Below are positions 22,636 through 36,231 of a DNA stretch of 64,000 nucleotides, piece after piece. The notes below the pieces were generated by a model. That model had not been told where the DNA came from and made no database searches. It saw only the letters and a list, made by a program, of their open reading frames with translations. Both the position numbers and the translations under genes were made by a program. Numbering within the stretch: position 1 is the first letter of the stretch; each line of letters opens with the position of its first letter. Source of the DNA: Azolla caroliniana (lineage: Eukaryota; Plantae; Polypodiophyta); the NCBI GenBank assembly GCA_043228905.1, contig JBHGNT010000012.1:1488001-1552000 (forward strand). The letters run 5' to 3'.

Positions 22636-23006
22636 TGTTGTATGTATGGCTGGACTAGCCGCAACACAGGTGTCTATCCGACACTTCTCCAAAGGGGTGG
22701 TAGGGATAGGATGTTAATACACGCGTATGATAATTACACTTAAGCACAGACGAAGACAAGATTAATCAGCATAAGCAAAACTATATTAATTCTTCGCGCT
22801 TTCATTACAAAACATCGGATCCTTTTATAGGCATCCGGCCAGATTACAATCGGTGCTCGGTAAGCAACCGTTAACCGAAACCGAATCGGTTCGGATCCGG
22901 ATCGGTTACAACTACCGGATCCGTCCCTCCTAATAATTCTATTCCTATTTCTATATTTATCCGATCCGACCTTGCTTTCCCATTCGCCTTCTCTGACCGG
23001 CCAACA
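22636..23006 (-). repeat. 5' LTR of Gypsy element
   Basis: Matches 12852-13222. Confidence 0.97.
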
Positions 23007-24627
23007 CCTTTGGCGTCTTGGCTTCTCGAATGTAGCCAAGCATGTGGTCATGGACACATGTTGTCAAGCAATACATCACTCAGCTTTCCGTTTGCTCCCA
23101 TATTGAGTAGTCGGCATCCTTTGGGTTGGGTTTGTTTTCTTATGCTCCTTGATTGTAACCCCAATAGCCTTGGCTGACAAGGTATTAGTGCATCTTGTGA
23201 GTACAAGATGCAAAGTTGTTTCTGTCCAACTTGTCGCTAGGGAGAGCGCTCCCCATTTGAGTATTCATTATGTCGATGTATATTTCTTTCTTCTTTTTCT
23301 TCTTTCTCAATCACGAGCTATGTAGTGGCACTACGATATCGATGAGCCGATTCTTCTTCAAAGTTGGTGTAGGACACAACACATGCGGATGGGATAGATT
23401 GAGCTACCAAATCGCTATGATACCATGTAAAGAATTGGATATGATTATGTGCAACAGAAGAGATGTGTGTTATGTGTGTGTGTGGGAGGAGGAGAGGAGA
23501 GGAGAGAAACACAAGATAGATAAAAGAAATGAAGTACTCAAGAAGAAGATGTATATTAACAAGGAGAATATCAAGTACAAAAATGTAACATTACAAGGGA
23601 GGATAACCGACCTCTATGAAGTAGGAGGAGGGTGCTTTATATAAGGTCACCGTCTCTCTTCATTAACTTACTAAAACACCCACTCTCTCTCTAGAGTTAT
23701 AGAAACTCATGGGTCATGGGGAATGTGGAAACTCATTATTTATGTGCCATAAAATATGATTCTATGACACATAGTTTTAAACGTGTAGAAAGTGAAAAGA
23801 ATAGCGTGCGGAAGTTAAAAGACATTACCAGTTACATCTGGATAGCAACAAAAAGTAAACGAAGGTTTAATGGAAACTCAAATAACACGTAAAAAGCTCG
23901 GGAGAGACAAAGGGAGCAAAACATAGAAACTCAATTTCAAAAATAATATTGTCTGTTCATATAATGTGCTTAGTGAGCACTTTTATACAAGTCCTTAAAG
24001 GACAGTCAGAAGTACTGACAAGTACTTCAATGCTCATAACTGAGCTACTAACACTAACTACTAGGAATATAACTACCTAGTAGTCTAGGATTGTAGGCCT
24101 CTAACGGCCTACCGGCTCACACGTGGATCTGGCTCTCAGCTTGTTGAGCCGATCCGGCCCACATTGAGCTTGCTCACTCAACACTCCCCCTCAAGCTCAA
24201 CTTGAGGTCGGTCTTTAGTGTCAACATCCGCCGGTCCTTGTCTCCGGCTCCTCCTGGCATCTTCAGCCCTTGCTCACGCTCCTCAACCCGTCCCGTCCCG
24301 TGCATCTCAACTGTCACGGATCATAAACTCAAGAGACAACGAAGAAGATAACCAAATGGACAAGAAAGAAGATAGTACTAAAGGAAAGACTCCATAACTG
24401 GTGTTGTTCACCTTGAATTCCTTCAAGGTGAACTCCTCTATTTATACTACATGGCATGCATACTTGTTGCACGCATGTGAATCTACAATAGAGCATGTAG
24501 GTATGCATGCATGTGCCAAGTGTAAATACTACAAGGGAGCAACTATGCACATGATGCTAGCAAAATAATAAGGAACAATTACATACATAACTAGTACTAG
24601 ATATCTTGGTTAACTCATAATAGTAGA

Positions 24628-27600
24628 TTATAACATGGTCGTGTCAAGAGTTCGAATCTTGACATTATCCCCCCTCTTACGCCGCCGCCTTCCCAAATCG
24701 GCCGCTGGTTTGTGGGGATATCGGTGATGAAAATCTTGGACGACCTCTGGGGCATTTTGTAAATTTTCCGATGGTTCCCATGTGGCCTCAGACATGGGGT
24801 AACCCCTCCATAGGACGAGGTATTGCAAGTGTCGACGGTGCCAACGCGAGTCAAGGATTTGGTCGACCTCGTATTCCTCCCCTGTCGTCAATTGCACAGG
24901 TGGTGGTGGTGGGGCTTGACGTCCTGGGAGTTGTGAAGCATAATGGGGTTCGAGGAGGGAGACATGAAAAACATCGTGAATCCGGAAGTGGGATGGAAGG
25001 GCGAGCCGGAAGGCGACGGGATTGATGCACTCGATGATACGGAATGGTCCCAACTTCTTGTAGTCAAGTTTCGCACATGGACGAGTAGTAGAGATGTGTC
25101 GACGTAACAACCAGACCATGTCTCCAACGACAAAGTGTGGAGTGGAAGATCGATGGCGATCAGCCTGCTTCTTGTATCGTTCATTAGCAAGACTAAGCTC
25201 CAAGGATAAATCATGATGTACTTCTTCCAAAATGCGGGCACGATCCTCCGCCGAAGGGTTCACGGAAGTGGTAGGAAGGGAAATGTTGAAGCGAGGATGT
25301 AAACCGTAGTTGGCAAAGAAGGGAGTGACACCAGTCGATGCATGGAGTGAATTATTGTAGGCGAATTCCGCGAGCGAAAGTAAGTTGACCCAATCATCTT
25401 GTTGGTAACTAACCGAGCACCGAAGATACTGCTCAAGGATTTGGTTGACACGCTCCGTTTGCCCGTCAGTTTGGGGGTGATAAGCGGAGGACAACTTGAC
25501 AGAGATGCCTAAAGTTTGTAGCAGGCGCTGCCAGAAGTGAGAGACAAACTGGGGTCCGCGATCCGAGATGACATCATCGGGGAGTCCATGCAAGCGTACT
25601 ACATTGTTGAGTAGGAGATGCACCATTCCTTCTCCGGAAATGGTTTTGGAGCATGGAGTGAAGTGAGCCATCTTCGTAAACCGATCGACAACGACCAACA
25701 CCGAGTCATAGCTATTGACCAAGGGTAGATCAGTTATCAGGTCCATAGAGATAGAGGCCCAAGGACGACGAGGACATGGAAGCGGTTGTAGTAAGCCGTA
25801 TGGCCGATGATGAATGGCTTTGGAGCGAGCACAAACCTCACAACTCTTTATGTATTCTTTGACCAGCTTCCATGGTTGTGGCCACCAATACCCCCGAGAG
25901 ATTAGCTCGAGGGTTTTCGCAACCCCGAAATGACCTGCAAGTGGGTCATCGTGGCATTCCTGCAACACCCGGGTGCGACATGGGCCCTCTGGGACGTATA
26001 AGAGATGATCTCGGAACAACAAACCCTCTTGTATGGTGAAGGTGTCAAGATCCTTCCTTTTGGTCGCCTTGGAGGGGTTTTGCAAACTATCTCGAATCTC
26101 GTTGGCGAACGCATCGGTCTTGGATGCATCAGTGATTTGTTGGAGTAAAGAATCATCCTGCAACATACAAGTGGCAAACAGATGCAATTGGTCGGGTTTC
26201 AACAAACGTCTAGATTGTTGAGCATAAGCAGCATCCCTAGGGCGGAGTGCAAGGTCAGCTCGGCGAGAAAGGGCATCAGCCTTCCCATGTTGGCCACCAG
26301 GTCGAAATACGATCTCAAAATCGTAGTCAGCGAGAAATGTAGACCAACGGGCCTGCCTTCGATTCAAAGTACGAGTGGTGGAAAAATAAACTAAATTTTT
26401 ATGATCAGTTACTACCTGGACACGATGTTGTGCACCGGCCAAGTAGGGTCGCCATTCTTCAAAGGCAGCAATGATAGCAGCAAGCTCCTTGTCGTAAATG
26501 GGATAATTGATTTCAGATGCCGTAAATTTTCGGGAATAGTAAGCCACTGGGTGCATTAGGTTGTTGTCGTCTGCTTGGGATAAGATGGCGCCAATGGCAA
26601 AGTCAGAGGCATCGGTTTCGACTTGGAAGGGTTTTGTGGGGTCGGCATGTAGCAGCACCGGGGCAGTGATGAATGCGTGTTTGAGTGAGTCGAACGCATT
26701 TTGTGCCTCCGAGGTCCATAAAAATGGAGTGCCTTTATGGGTGAGAGCGATAAGAGGTTGTGCTAGGGTGGAAAACCCCTTGATGAAGCGACGGTAAAAA
26801 TTCGCGAAGCCGAGGAAGGATTGCACATCTTTAAGTCGCCTTGGAGTCGCCCACGCCTGAATGACAGAGACCTTCTTCATATCCATGGTGATGCCAGTGG
26901 GCGAGATGATGTAGCCCAGAAATTCGATCGAGGTACGGTCGAACTCGCATTTCTCGCTTTTGGCATAAAGGCCATGCTCGCGAAGTTTGGCCAGAACTAA
27001 TCGGACTTGGCGAGTGTGCTCCTCCATGTTTGGCGAGAAAATGAGAATATCATCGAGGTAAATGACAACAAAAAGATCAAGATATTCTCAGAAAATATCG
27101 TTCATCATATGTTGAAAAACTGCGGGAGCGTTAGTAAGACCAAAAGGCATTACCTTTATTCGAAATGCCCATACCGTGTTCGAAATGCGGTTTTCCATTC
27201 ATCAGCCGGCTTGATGCGTACTAGATTGTACGCGCCACGCAGATCAACTTTGGAGAAGACACGCGCAACTCGGAGCCGATCAAGGAGTTCGGGGATCAGA
27301 GGTAGCGGATAGCGGTTGCGCACAGTGAGTTTGTTGAGACCTCGGTAGTCGACGCATAAGCGTAGAGAGCCGTCCTTCTTCTTCACAAATAAAATGGGGG
27401 CCCCGGCTGGTGACTTAGAAGGTTGAATAAAGCCTTTCTCGAGGTTCTCATCAAGATACACACGAAGGGCCTTCAACTCTGGTGCAGACAACGCATATAG
27501 AGGACCAAAGGGTGGGCACGCACCTTCTTGAAGATCAATCGGACAGTCGTAGAGCCGGTGTTCAGGCAACCGATCAGCATTACATTTTTCAAATACGTCG

Positions 27601-28211
27601 GAGAAGTGTTGGTATTTTTCGAGAATAACATGGAGTGTGTTAGAAATGGTGCCACAAACAAACCCATCCTGGACGGATGATGGGGTAGTCAATTCGGAGT
27701 CGACCGTCTCCGAAGGATAGGAAACTGAATTTACCTTCATACTTTTGCACGAGCATCTTGGCTTGCTAAATGTGATCGAGCGGTTGCACCAATCCACTAT
27801 TGGATTGTGCGCCTCCAACCACGTTAGTCCTAAGACGATCGGATGTCGAGGAGATGCGATGAGGTAAAAAGTGAGCTCCTCTTGGTGTGAGCCCACCCGA
27901 AGCCCTAATGGGATTGTAGCTTGAGTAATTGCACCTGACGAGAGGACGCACCCGTCGATGGCTTCAACTGGAATGGGTTTTGAGAGGCCAACGACAGGTA
28001 CGCCATGTGCTTGGGCAAACGCGACGTCGATGAAGCAAGAAGATGCCCCAGAATCAAGTAAAGCAACAGACTGAATGGAACTAGAGTTAAACGAAAGCCA
28101 TACCTCCAATGTGAAATTGCCTGATGGTCCGGCAATGGAACCAAGAGAATGTGGGCGACGGGAGATGTCCAGTTGCATGGCTCCTACTGCAACCGAACGA
28201 TGTCGTTTTCC
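24628..28211 (-). pseudogene. pol: Chromovirus 1 Pol (PR-RT-RH-IN-chromodomain) with one frameshift in RT at ~27155
   Basis: PR LLDSGAS; [21 protein letters not shown], where a 1-bp deletion occurs; RH ETDASD; IN; chromodomain EEYEVDQILDSR..YLVLWRGY..TWEP. The stop lies inside the 3' LTR. Confidence 0.9.
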
Positions 28212-29200
28212 GGATGTTGGGGTCCGTTAGCTCTATGGAATTGTGGGCGAGTACTCCTAGGACAATGGCGAACGACATGACCGGAGGCGCCACAATACAT
28301 GCACAAGCCATTAGCCCGTCGAAATTGTCGTTCAGCATCAGTCAATGGTCGAAATCGGGCTTGATCAATTTCCATGGGGACAGGAGCATCTGCCGAAGTA
28401 GGCGAGTGTGAGGATGCTTGGGTTTGTATGACCGGGGCGTGGCGTGGAAGTGAATGAGGTGGGAACCAAGTCCGGCGCTCTTCTTGGCGAAATTCGAAAA
28501 GACGATTGTCACAATGGACTGCTTGTGAAATCGCTTGGGATAACGAGGTGGGCTCCGGAAAGTTTAAGAGAAGATTCTTGACATTGCTTCGAAGACCGCG
28601 CCGAAAGTGATCAGCTAAAGCTTGATCATCCCAATTGATGTCGCATGCTAGTTGTCGAAATTCGGAAGCATAGACCGAAGCTGCACGTGAACCTTGTTCG
28701 AGTGCATAAATCTTGTTAAGAGCTGTACGTCGTCGGTCCGTCTCTCCAAATGTGGCCTCTAACTCGGCGAGGAAGGCGGGAAAGTCCTCCAATAAAGGTG
28801 ATGAGGTTTCTACCAATGGTGCAAACCAAGCTTGGGCCGGACCGGAGAGAAGGGTGCCCACAAGGCCGACTTGTCGAAGACCATCTCCATAACGTTGAGG
28901 TTGTAGCCGAATGATAAGTCGAACTTGGTTGATGAACCCTCGGAAACGCGACCTCGTTCCATCAAATTTTTCTGGGAGGCTAACCTTAGGCTCAAGAAAC
29001 TGTGACGAAGCTAGGCTAGATGTTGGTAGAAGATCGGGCTCTAGGCTAGGTTGTTGTGGGAGACTAGGGTTCGGGGGTTGTGAGGATAGGGAGGTACCGA
29101 CTTGAAGTTCTTGTAAAGAATTTCGAAGAGCTTCATTTTCAAGCTGTAGTTGTCGTAAGGCTACCATTATTTGGCCTAACTCACTAGTTGAGTCGGACAT
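28184..29200 (-). CDS. gag: Chromovirus 1 Gag (338 aa, PEG10/sushi-like, CCHC knuckle)
   Basis: [22 protein letters not shown] and [14 protein letters not shown] motifs. Confidence 0.93.
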   Translation of the reverse strand: MSDSTSELGQIMVALRQLQLENEALRNSLQELQVGTSLSSQPPNPSLPQQPSLEPDLLPTSSLASSQFLEPKVSLPEKFDGTRSRFRGFINQVRLIIRLQPQRYGDGLRQVGLVGTLLSGPAQAWFAPLVETSSPLLEDFPAFLAELEATFGETDRRRTALNKIYALEQGSRAASVYASEFRQLACDINWDDQALADHFRRGLRSNVKNLLLNFPEPTSLSQAISQAVHCDNRLFEFRQEERRTWFPPHSLPRHAPVIQTQASSHSPTSADAPVPMEIDQARFRPLTDAERQFRRANGLCMYCGASGHVVRHCPRSTRPQFHRANGPQHPENDIVRLQ

Positions 29201-32200
29201 AGCTATGGCTTATGAGAGGGAGAGCTATGAGGATGGGAAGGTGAACAAACTGTCACGGATCATAAACTCAAGAGACAACGAAGAAGATAACCAAATGGAC
29301 AAGAAAGAAGATAGTACTAAAGGAAAGACTCCATAACTGGTGTTGTTCACCTTGAATTCCTTCAAGGTGAACTCCTCTATTTATACTACATGGCATGCAT
29401 ACTTGTTGCACGCATGTGAATCTACAATAGAGCATGTAGGTATGCATGCATGTGCCAAGTGTAAATACTACAAGGGAGCAACTATGCACATGATGCTAGT
29501 AAAATAATAAGGAACAATTACATACATAACTAGTACTAGATATCTTGGTTAACTCATAATAGTAGATTATAACATGGTCGTGTCAAGAGTTCGAATCTTG
29601 ACATCAACCTTCTCGATTGGCTTGTCTACTCATCAGGCCCATCTCATCTCCCTTGTTGTTGTGACATTGGAGCTTTTCAACCCGTCGATTACTCCGTGTC
29701 AGTGCCGACTTCAACTACCTTCTCATCCGCTTGGCCTTCATGTGATTCGGCTCATCCAAATCAAACTGTTCGACCGAATCGGCTACCTTCTTGTCGCTCT
29801 TAACCACGTTCGACCATGTCTTGGTTCAGGCCTTTTTCCTTCGGTATGCTCTGTCCTTCTTGACTTTGTTGCCTTTGCTGCCTTTGCCGCCTATTCCGAC
29901 TCTATCGGATGTATCGACTTCTTTAGTCGATTTGGCATTTTGTTCGGTTTCGGCTTTCTCCTGTTGCACTCCTCCTGTTCCATGACGTGTTCTCCCCCTC
30001 AAGTACGACACATCGAGATATTGTAACCCAAGCATCTTTGAAAAGTTTTGCAACTTGTCCGTCCCAAGCACCTTGGTGAATATGTCAACCACCTGTTGAT
30101 CAATTCGAACATACCGAAGTTCAACTTCACCGCTCAGAACCCCCTCATGCACAAAGTGATAATGCACTTCTATGTGCTTCGTGTGAGCATGGAAAACAAG
30201 GTTCTTTGCCAACTGCATGCTACTAATGTTGTCGCAGTAGATCGAAATCAGAGTAGGAACGTCAACCTGTAAGTCTTGCAACAATCATCGGAGCCATATA
30301 GCCTCACAAGTTGCGATGGTGGTGCCTCGATACTCAACTTCGATGCTTAACAAGGCCATTGTCGGTTGCTTCTTGCCACTCTAGGAGATAGTCACGCTCC
30401 TAAGAGAGAACATGAAACCTGATGTCCATCGGCGATCCGACGCATCTTCGGGATCATGGCTCCCACACCGAGAAGTCCTTGTGTGCGAGTTCGGGTGCTT
30501 ATTCGTTCACTCCTTCCACATAACTCTAGTATGCGTGTCTGAGAAGATATTGGTGCATCTTGTAAGACCAAGATGCATAGTTGCCCCTGTCAAGTTTTTC
30601 CATTGGAAGTGAGCTTGCCATGCTTCTGTCCATTCTTCTTCTTTTTCTGTTCTTTATCGGGTGTTAGGTTTTGGTTGTCTGAGCACTTGTCGACAACAGA
30701 GGATTCTCAACCCTCGCGCTCTGATACCATGAAAAGAATAGCGTGTGGAAGCTAAAAGACACAACCGTTTACAGCCGGATAGCAATAGAAAGTAAACAAA
30801 GGTTTAATGGAAAATCGGATAACACACAAAGAGCTTGGGAGAGACAAAGAGAGCAAAACATAGAAACTCAAATTCAAAAATAATACTTTGTTTGTTCATA
30901 CAATGTGCTTATTGAGCACTTTTATACAAGTCCTTAAAGGACTGTCAGAAGTACTGATAAGTACTTCAATGCTCATAATTGAGCTACTGACACTAACTCC
31001 TAGGAATATAACTACTTAGTAGTCTAGGATCGTAGGCCTCTAACGACCTACTGGCTCACGTGTGGATCTGGTTCTCCAATCTGGCTCACCAATCCGATCC
31101 AGCTCTCCGATCCGATCCGGCTCTCGGGTTTTTCAGCCAATCCAACCCATGTTGAGCTTGCTCGCTCAACAAATAGTAGTGGTGACATTTGACCTTTGAA
31201 TGTTCATACATTCTCAAAAGGTGTGTTCACACACTAGACTAGGTTGAGCTTGATTCTCAACAATGTGCAAGTGTACAATGGATTTGGACATTGTTTTTTA
31301 AAGGGGTCAATGTTGCCAACTTAGTATGGACAAAGGTTGTTAACCCCCTTGTCATACACTTCAGATCCAAACATATCGATGGCACGAGGGAAGTCATTGG
31401 CACCCAAACGTTAAGAGAAAAAGAGGCAAGGAAAAGTCCAATAAGTAAGAAAACCAAAGGGAGAAAATGCGTAGGCGTGAGAAGGCCCAAAGACAATGTT
31501 ACAAGCGTAACCACATGGTATAATGAACCATAGTTGTATAACCTTATGGTTAGTATGTGTGGGCTACTTCATAAGGAATAAAGGGTAAGAATTGAGATAT
31601 TCTCAATCCGGAGATGGAAGATAGATTTTGGGTGTTTCATCAATTTACTTGTAGTGAAGTAGTTAAGTGTGAAAAAGACAACAAGCTTAGGGTTTAAGCC
31701 TAACGAGAAGGCTAGCTACCATCATGCAGGGGAGAGAGTTATTAAGTACAGACTTTGATAGTGTGGCAAAGCTCTAACTTCATACACGTTTTCTTCCTTC
31801 TTCAAACCCAAGTATGATCCATATCTAAACTTGGTGATATGGGATGCCAACAAGGGACTTTGATTTGTCTCACCTTCACTAGGGTGTGGTTGGGTGTTCT
31901 AGCACCCTTTCTTCCTTATTTCCTCATTTTTATTTGCTTAATGTTAATTAAGATTCTTACATTTGGTGCGCAACCAATAATACAAAGAATACAAAAACTC
32001 ATTTTTTACCTTTTGGAAACTTCTTTTCAATCCCCTCGTCTTAAGGGCTACGCCATTCTCTCCTCCATTCCCCCAAAATTCACCTTTGTTTAACAAGTGT
32101 TTACATCTTAAGTATGTCATGTTAAGAACTTGGACTTAGTTGTATATTGAAGTTAAGTTACATGGTTTGTCTTGAACATTTTGACTAGTCATTGATTTTC

Positions 32201-33896
32201 TTTAAATTAATTTCGATTAATATTGAGTTGAAGTACTATGAAGTGAAGTTCACTTAAGTTGTCAACACAAGTGCCAACAAGCTTATGAATGGCTTGAGAC
32301 TCATACCAGGATAGAAATCGAGATGGACATATGCAACTATACCTTTGTAGGGGGAAGTCTCCATCCTTGAAATGTAGTTGGGAGGAAACCCTAAACCATT
32401 ACACATTGATTTTGAGAAGTTGCATTTTATTATGGTGACATGTGCTTCCCATTGGTGTTGCAATTTGAAGTTTCATGCCTTTGTTTTGGTTGCCACCTAG
32501 GTCCTTCCTCTTCTAGAGTTGTCATTAGTTGGGCTTGACATTGTTGGCTATCATGGAGTTGGCCTTGTAAGTCGGCCACATTGAAGCTTTTATAACAACC
32601 CATTCAAAGTTATACCTCATGTTGGGCTATTTAGTTGGATTTTTTGTTATTGCCCATATCCCACTTTAAAGTTAACTTATTTTATTGGATAGATTTTGGA
32701 CTATGCATTGAGTTTGGTTTGTCGAGCAACTCAAGTGAGGCAAACCTAAAATGGGAAGGAAGGGACGCTCCCTCTTTTCATGTATGTTGCTTTTCTTGCA
32801 AGGACATGAGATCTCAATAGCACATGCGAGAAGTTGTTTTCATGTACAAAGGTCAAGACAAGAGAACTCAAACACGTTCTTTGAATGAAAGCATCATGTT
32901 GAGTAGCGTGGCCACACACAAATAGTGTTGTTGCTTGAAGGAACCCTGATTGTACTACATGAAGAGCCAAACCTATAAAAATATTGTAACGGCTTTTATA
33001 GGGTCAAGTCATCAAACATGTCCCAAACCAAAATTTCAGCAAATTATGAGGGCATCGAAGTTGCAGAAAACAATGATTATATTGTTGACAACTCTGATAA
33101 AGCGATGGACACAATATCTTTGATCTTTGAGAATGAAAGTGATTGGTAACATGACATCGTGTAATTAGCCTTTGTTATTACATTTGAGTTCATGTAAAAC
33201 AATTTTATGAGTAGTTATTTCCTTTTATTTAAGATTGTTCAATATTCATTTTAACATGTCATTTAATCGTAAATAAATAGCATAAGAATATTTTTGGTGT
33301 TAGACCATCTATTACCTTTTCTCTAGTTAGGAGTGCCAAATCGTCTAGTAATTACTAATGGTATTTTGGTCAAGGGTTCCAAAACGTTTTGCACTATTGG
33401 CAACTTTACAAATAACGAAATGTCACAAATGTTGGAACTTCCAACACTACTTGTATATCCAAAAGTGTTGCCTTTTTTAAAAACCCCTAAAAAGTGCAAA
33501 CCTTCAAACACTAATTATAGACTTCAATAGTGCCATAAACTCTTACACTCTCGAGTAATTTGAAAATCCCTATAGAAATTGGCTCCAACACTTTTGGAAT
33601 TCCCTAAAACTAGTTTCAAACCTTATACAAAACTTGTTGAAATAATTGTCCTTAGCAATTCCTTCTACTACAGTGATACCTATCTTTAACTTCCAATTTG
33701 CATATGAGGGAGTCTTTTGTAATACAATGGGTCTCTAAGCAAATCATGTTTAAAAGGGGAGGATGAGGTGTCATAATCATTCAAGCAATCGTCTTCCCTC
33801 TTATCTATTTGGTTATAGAATTGAATTTATCTATAATTAAAGCAATCATCTTCCCTCTCATCTCTTTGGTTATAGTGTTATTGTCTTCCTCGTGCA

Positions 33897-34088
33897 TAAC
33901 AATCGGCAATGGTTCGGTTCGGTTCGAGAGGGTCCAAACCGAACCGTTAATTTTTTTTGAAACATGAACCAAACTGAACCAAACCACGAAACTGTTAAAA
34001 AAACCCAAACCTGAACCGAACTATTTAAACCGTTAAGTTAGGGTTTCACGGTTCGGTTCGGTTCAAACCGAACCGTTGCCGATTGTTA
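33897..34088. mobile_element. hAT-type MITE (192 bp)
   Basis: TIRs TAACAATCGGCAA.../...TTGCCGATTGTTA, perfect 8-bp TSD CTCGTGCA and subterminal AACCG/CGGTT repeats. Confidence 0.92.
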
Positions 34089-36231
34089 CTCGTGCACGTT
34101 GCATCATTAATATGTTTTTAATGATGATGCGTGTTGCTAACTTCTAAGGAAATCGCACACATGCATGAGATTCCCTAGAATATACTTGTCCTTACATCAT
34201 GCGAGATTGTCTTCATTGATATACATATGATTGCAATTTGCACCTAAATCATTAATGATGTGGGTGCACAAGTAAGTCATTTGGGCATTAACCACAGAGG
34301 GAATCTAGGGATCACATAAGAAACTAAACTCAACTAGTTGTTTTTGCTTCGATTGTTGCAATAATGATAATCTAAAGTGCTGATTTGTCACGTTTACACG
34401 TGGCATATCTTAGTTGTACATGCTACTAAATCCTCCTTATATCTTACACGTTAATTCATTATTACCTTCGTGAAAGAACAGGTGATGCATCACATCGTGC
34501 TTGGCACGTTAATGCCTCACTTTTTGTTATTTTGAGAATATTCACTCGGACCCTAAAAAAATTGGTCATGAATCATGATAGAAATTGTATTGCATTGCAT
34601 TCAAAGTCAAAACATATTTGAATATGTAATGTGTGGATGACTTTTTTAATGCAATGATATAAAAGTTTGATTTCGTACACCTTTGTCTCACGCATCAATA
34701 ATGATATAGTAAAATGAATGCGAAATCGATTCCTATAAGCGCAATGGAAAGCTCCACGAAATGAGTTGAAACCTTGGTTTCTATAATAGAACGACCATCA
34801 TTACATAGAAGATCTTTACATTTTCATTGTTCTCAAGTTTCGAATTCTCAAGTATTGAGAAGCCATCTGTGGTTTTAATTTTGTAGATGTTTTTTGTCTT
34901 CTTTGAATGTGCGACCAATTTTCAATTTTTTTTATATTTAAACTTGCTTTACCAGATTTATTTCCATCATTGACTTGATCCTTGAATAATATTCTTCTGG
35001 TGCCTTTCAACCCACACCTACAATAATTTGGGCACTGCACACACTCAAAGTCAAACACTTTGTAAAATCTAATGCTAAGTGTAGAACTATTTTAATACAA
35101 AAGCATGGCTCCATAAAACACCATTTTATATAGCACATGTCATGCACAATAATGCTTCATCTACACCTATGACTTAATACAATATTCATGCTATATGGAA
35201 ACAACATTCACCACAATCTTAAAAACAAACATCCACAAAGTCGCTCGTGAGGTTACATATGAAACATAAATTATGGCAATGAATGTGTCACGTGGATATC
35301 AATTTCACACTCTTTCTCATGGTTCACAGAGGGGTATACTGGGGGTTTTGAATCTTAATATGATTAGATTGAAGAATGAACAAATCGAATGTGAACAAGA
35401 AGCAAATGAATCCATGATTGGTTCCCAACAAAGATCCCAAAGAAAGAATTGAAACATTGTTCATATCAAGCTATAGGTTGAAATGATTTGCACCAAAGGT
35501 ATAAATAAGATGGGCACAAAGTCGACAAAAGAGAAGATTAGACTGTTTACGAAAGCAAGCATGCATTCGATTGGTTGAGCAGAAAGCTACGATAACCATA
35601 AGTGATTATAGGCAAGGTTTGGAATGGATTATAGAGCATAATGCAAGACAGGGAGTAATATTGTATGAGAGTCCTCTTTATACTATATCAAATATCAGTT
35701 AATTCTAGCAATGTTGAGGCTCATGGGTTTACGAGGTGTGGTCACTCGTTGTTTGTTGAGCGAATGGGCGAGGCTCACAATAATAACAACATACGTATTG
35801 ATCACGGCCAGTAGGTGGAGGCCGGTCATTAAAATGGGCCTCGACCTAGCCTTCCTTGTGTGACAACCGTGAAACTTGGCTCAGGCCAATCAGCCCTCGC
35901 TAGGCCTATGAGCACGCGCCACGTCACTCGCTTGCCTCTTATTTTTTCAACATAAGCAACTTAAATGCCTTAGAATATTTCTTTATTTCTCCTCCCTCTC
36001 CCCCCCCCTTCTCTCTCTTTTCTCCTCTTTCCATTTTTGGCCCTTGTGTTATAATTTGCTTCTATTTATGTTTTTATTCCTTCCTAGAGAATAAAAGCAG
36101 AAAAAAATAAAAATAATCTTAACCCCCTCCCCAACAACAAAAAAAAAAACCCCAGCCAGTCCTTAATCCAAGCTAATTAGTACTAATTTGTGGTTGTTTA
36201 TCACTAATCACCTTGGATTAGTGGAACACAA

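Larger units (their letters stand above)
12852..23006 (-). mobile_element. Full-length, very young Ty3/Gypsy non-chromovirus element (Athila/Phygy/Selgy-like, no archaeal RNase H) with an extra 3' ORF
   Basis: 371-bp LTRs (12852-13222, 22636-23006) with no difference found by eye; TSD CCTTT; PBS TGGCGACCAC; domain order gag-PR-RT-RH-IN; inserted in the gag of Copia C. Confidence 0.97.
24312..29603 (-). mobile_element. Young Ty3/Gypsy chromovirus 1 (Tcn1/Tf1-like, self-priming), inserted in Copia D
   Basis: 353-bp LTRs 24312-24664 and 29251-29603 (1 mismatch seen), TSD TCAAC, PPT 24665-24680 and a C-terminal chromodomain. Confidence 0.96.
23793..31171 (-). mobile_element. Internally deleted Copia element D, inserted in the 5' LTR of Copia C
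   Basis: LTRs 23793-24183 and 30730-31171, PBS TGGTATCAGAG (30719-30729), PPT 24184-24196. About 55 codons of gag (MASSLPMEKLDRGNYASW..) join directly to RNase H (DRRWTSG..HTKHIEVHYHF). The TSD is degenerate. Confidence 0.88.
8419..31262 (-). mobile_element. Ty1/Copia element C (oldest host of the left stack, degenerate; its 3' LTR is not in the window)
   Basis: RNase H (HARTKHIEVHYHFI, ~8460-8843), RT 9300-10370, IN 10850-11830, PR ~12100, gag 12300-12851 continuing at 23007-23270, PBS 23415-23425, and a 5' LTR at 23426-31262 split by element D. Confidence 0.88.
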
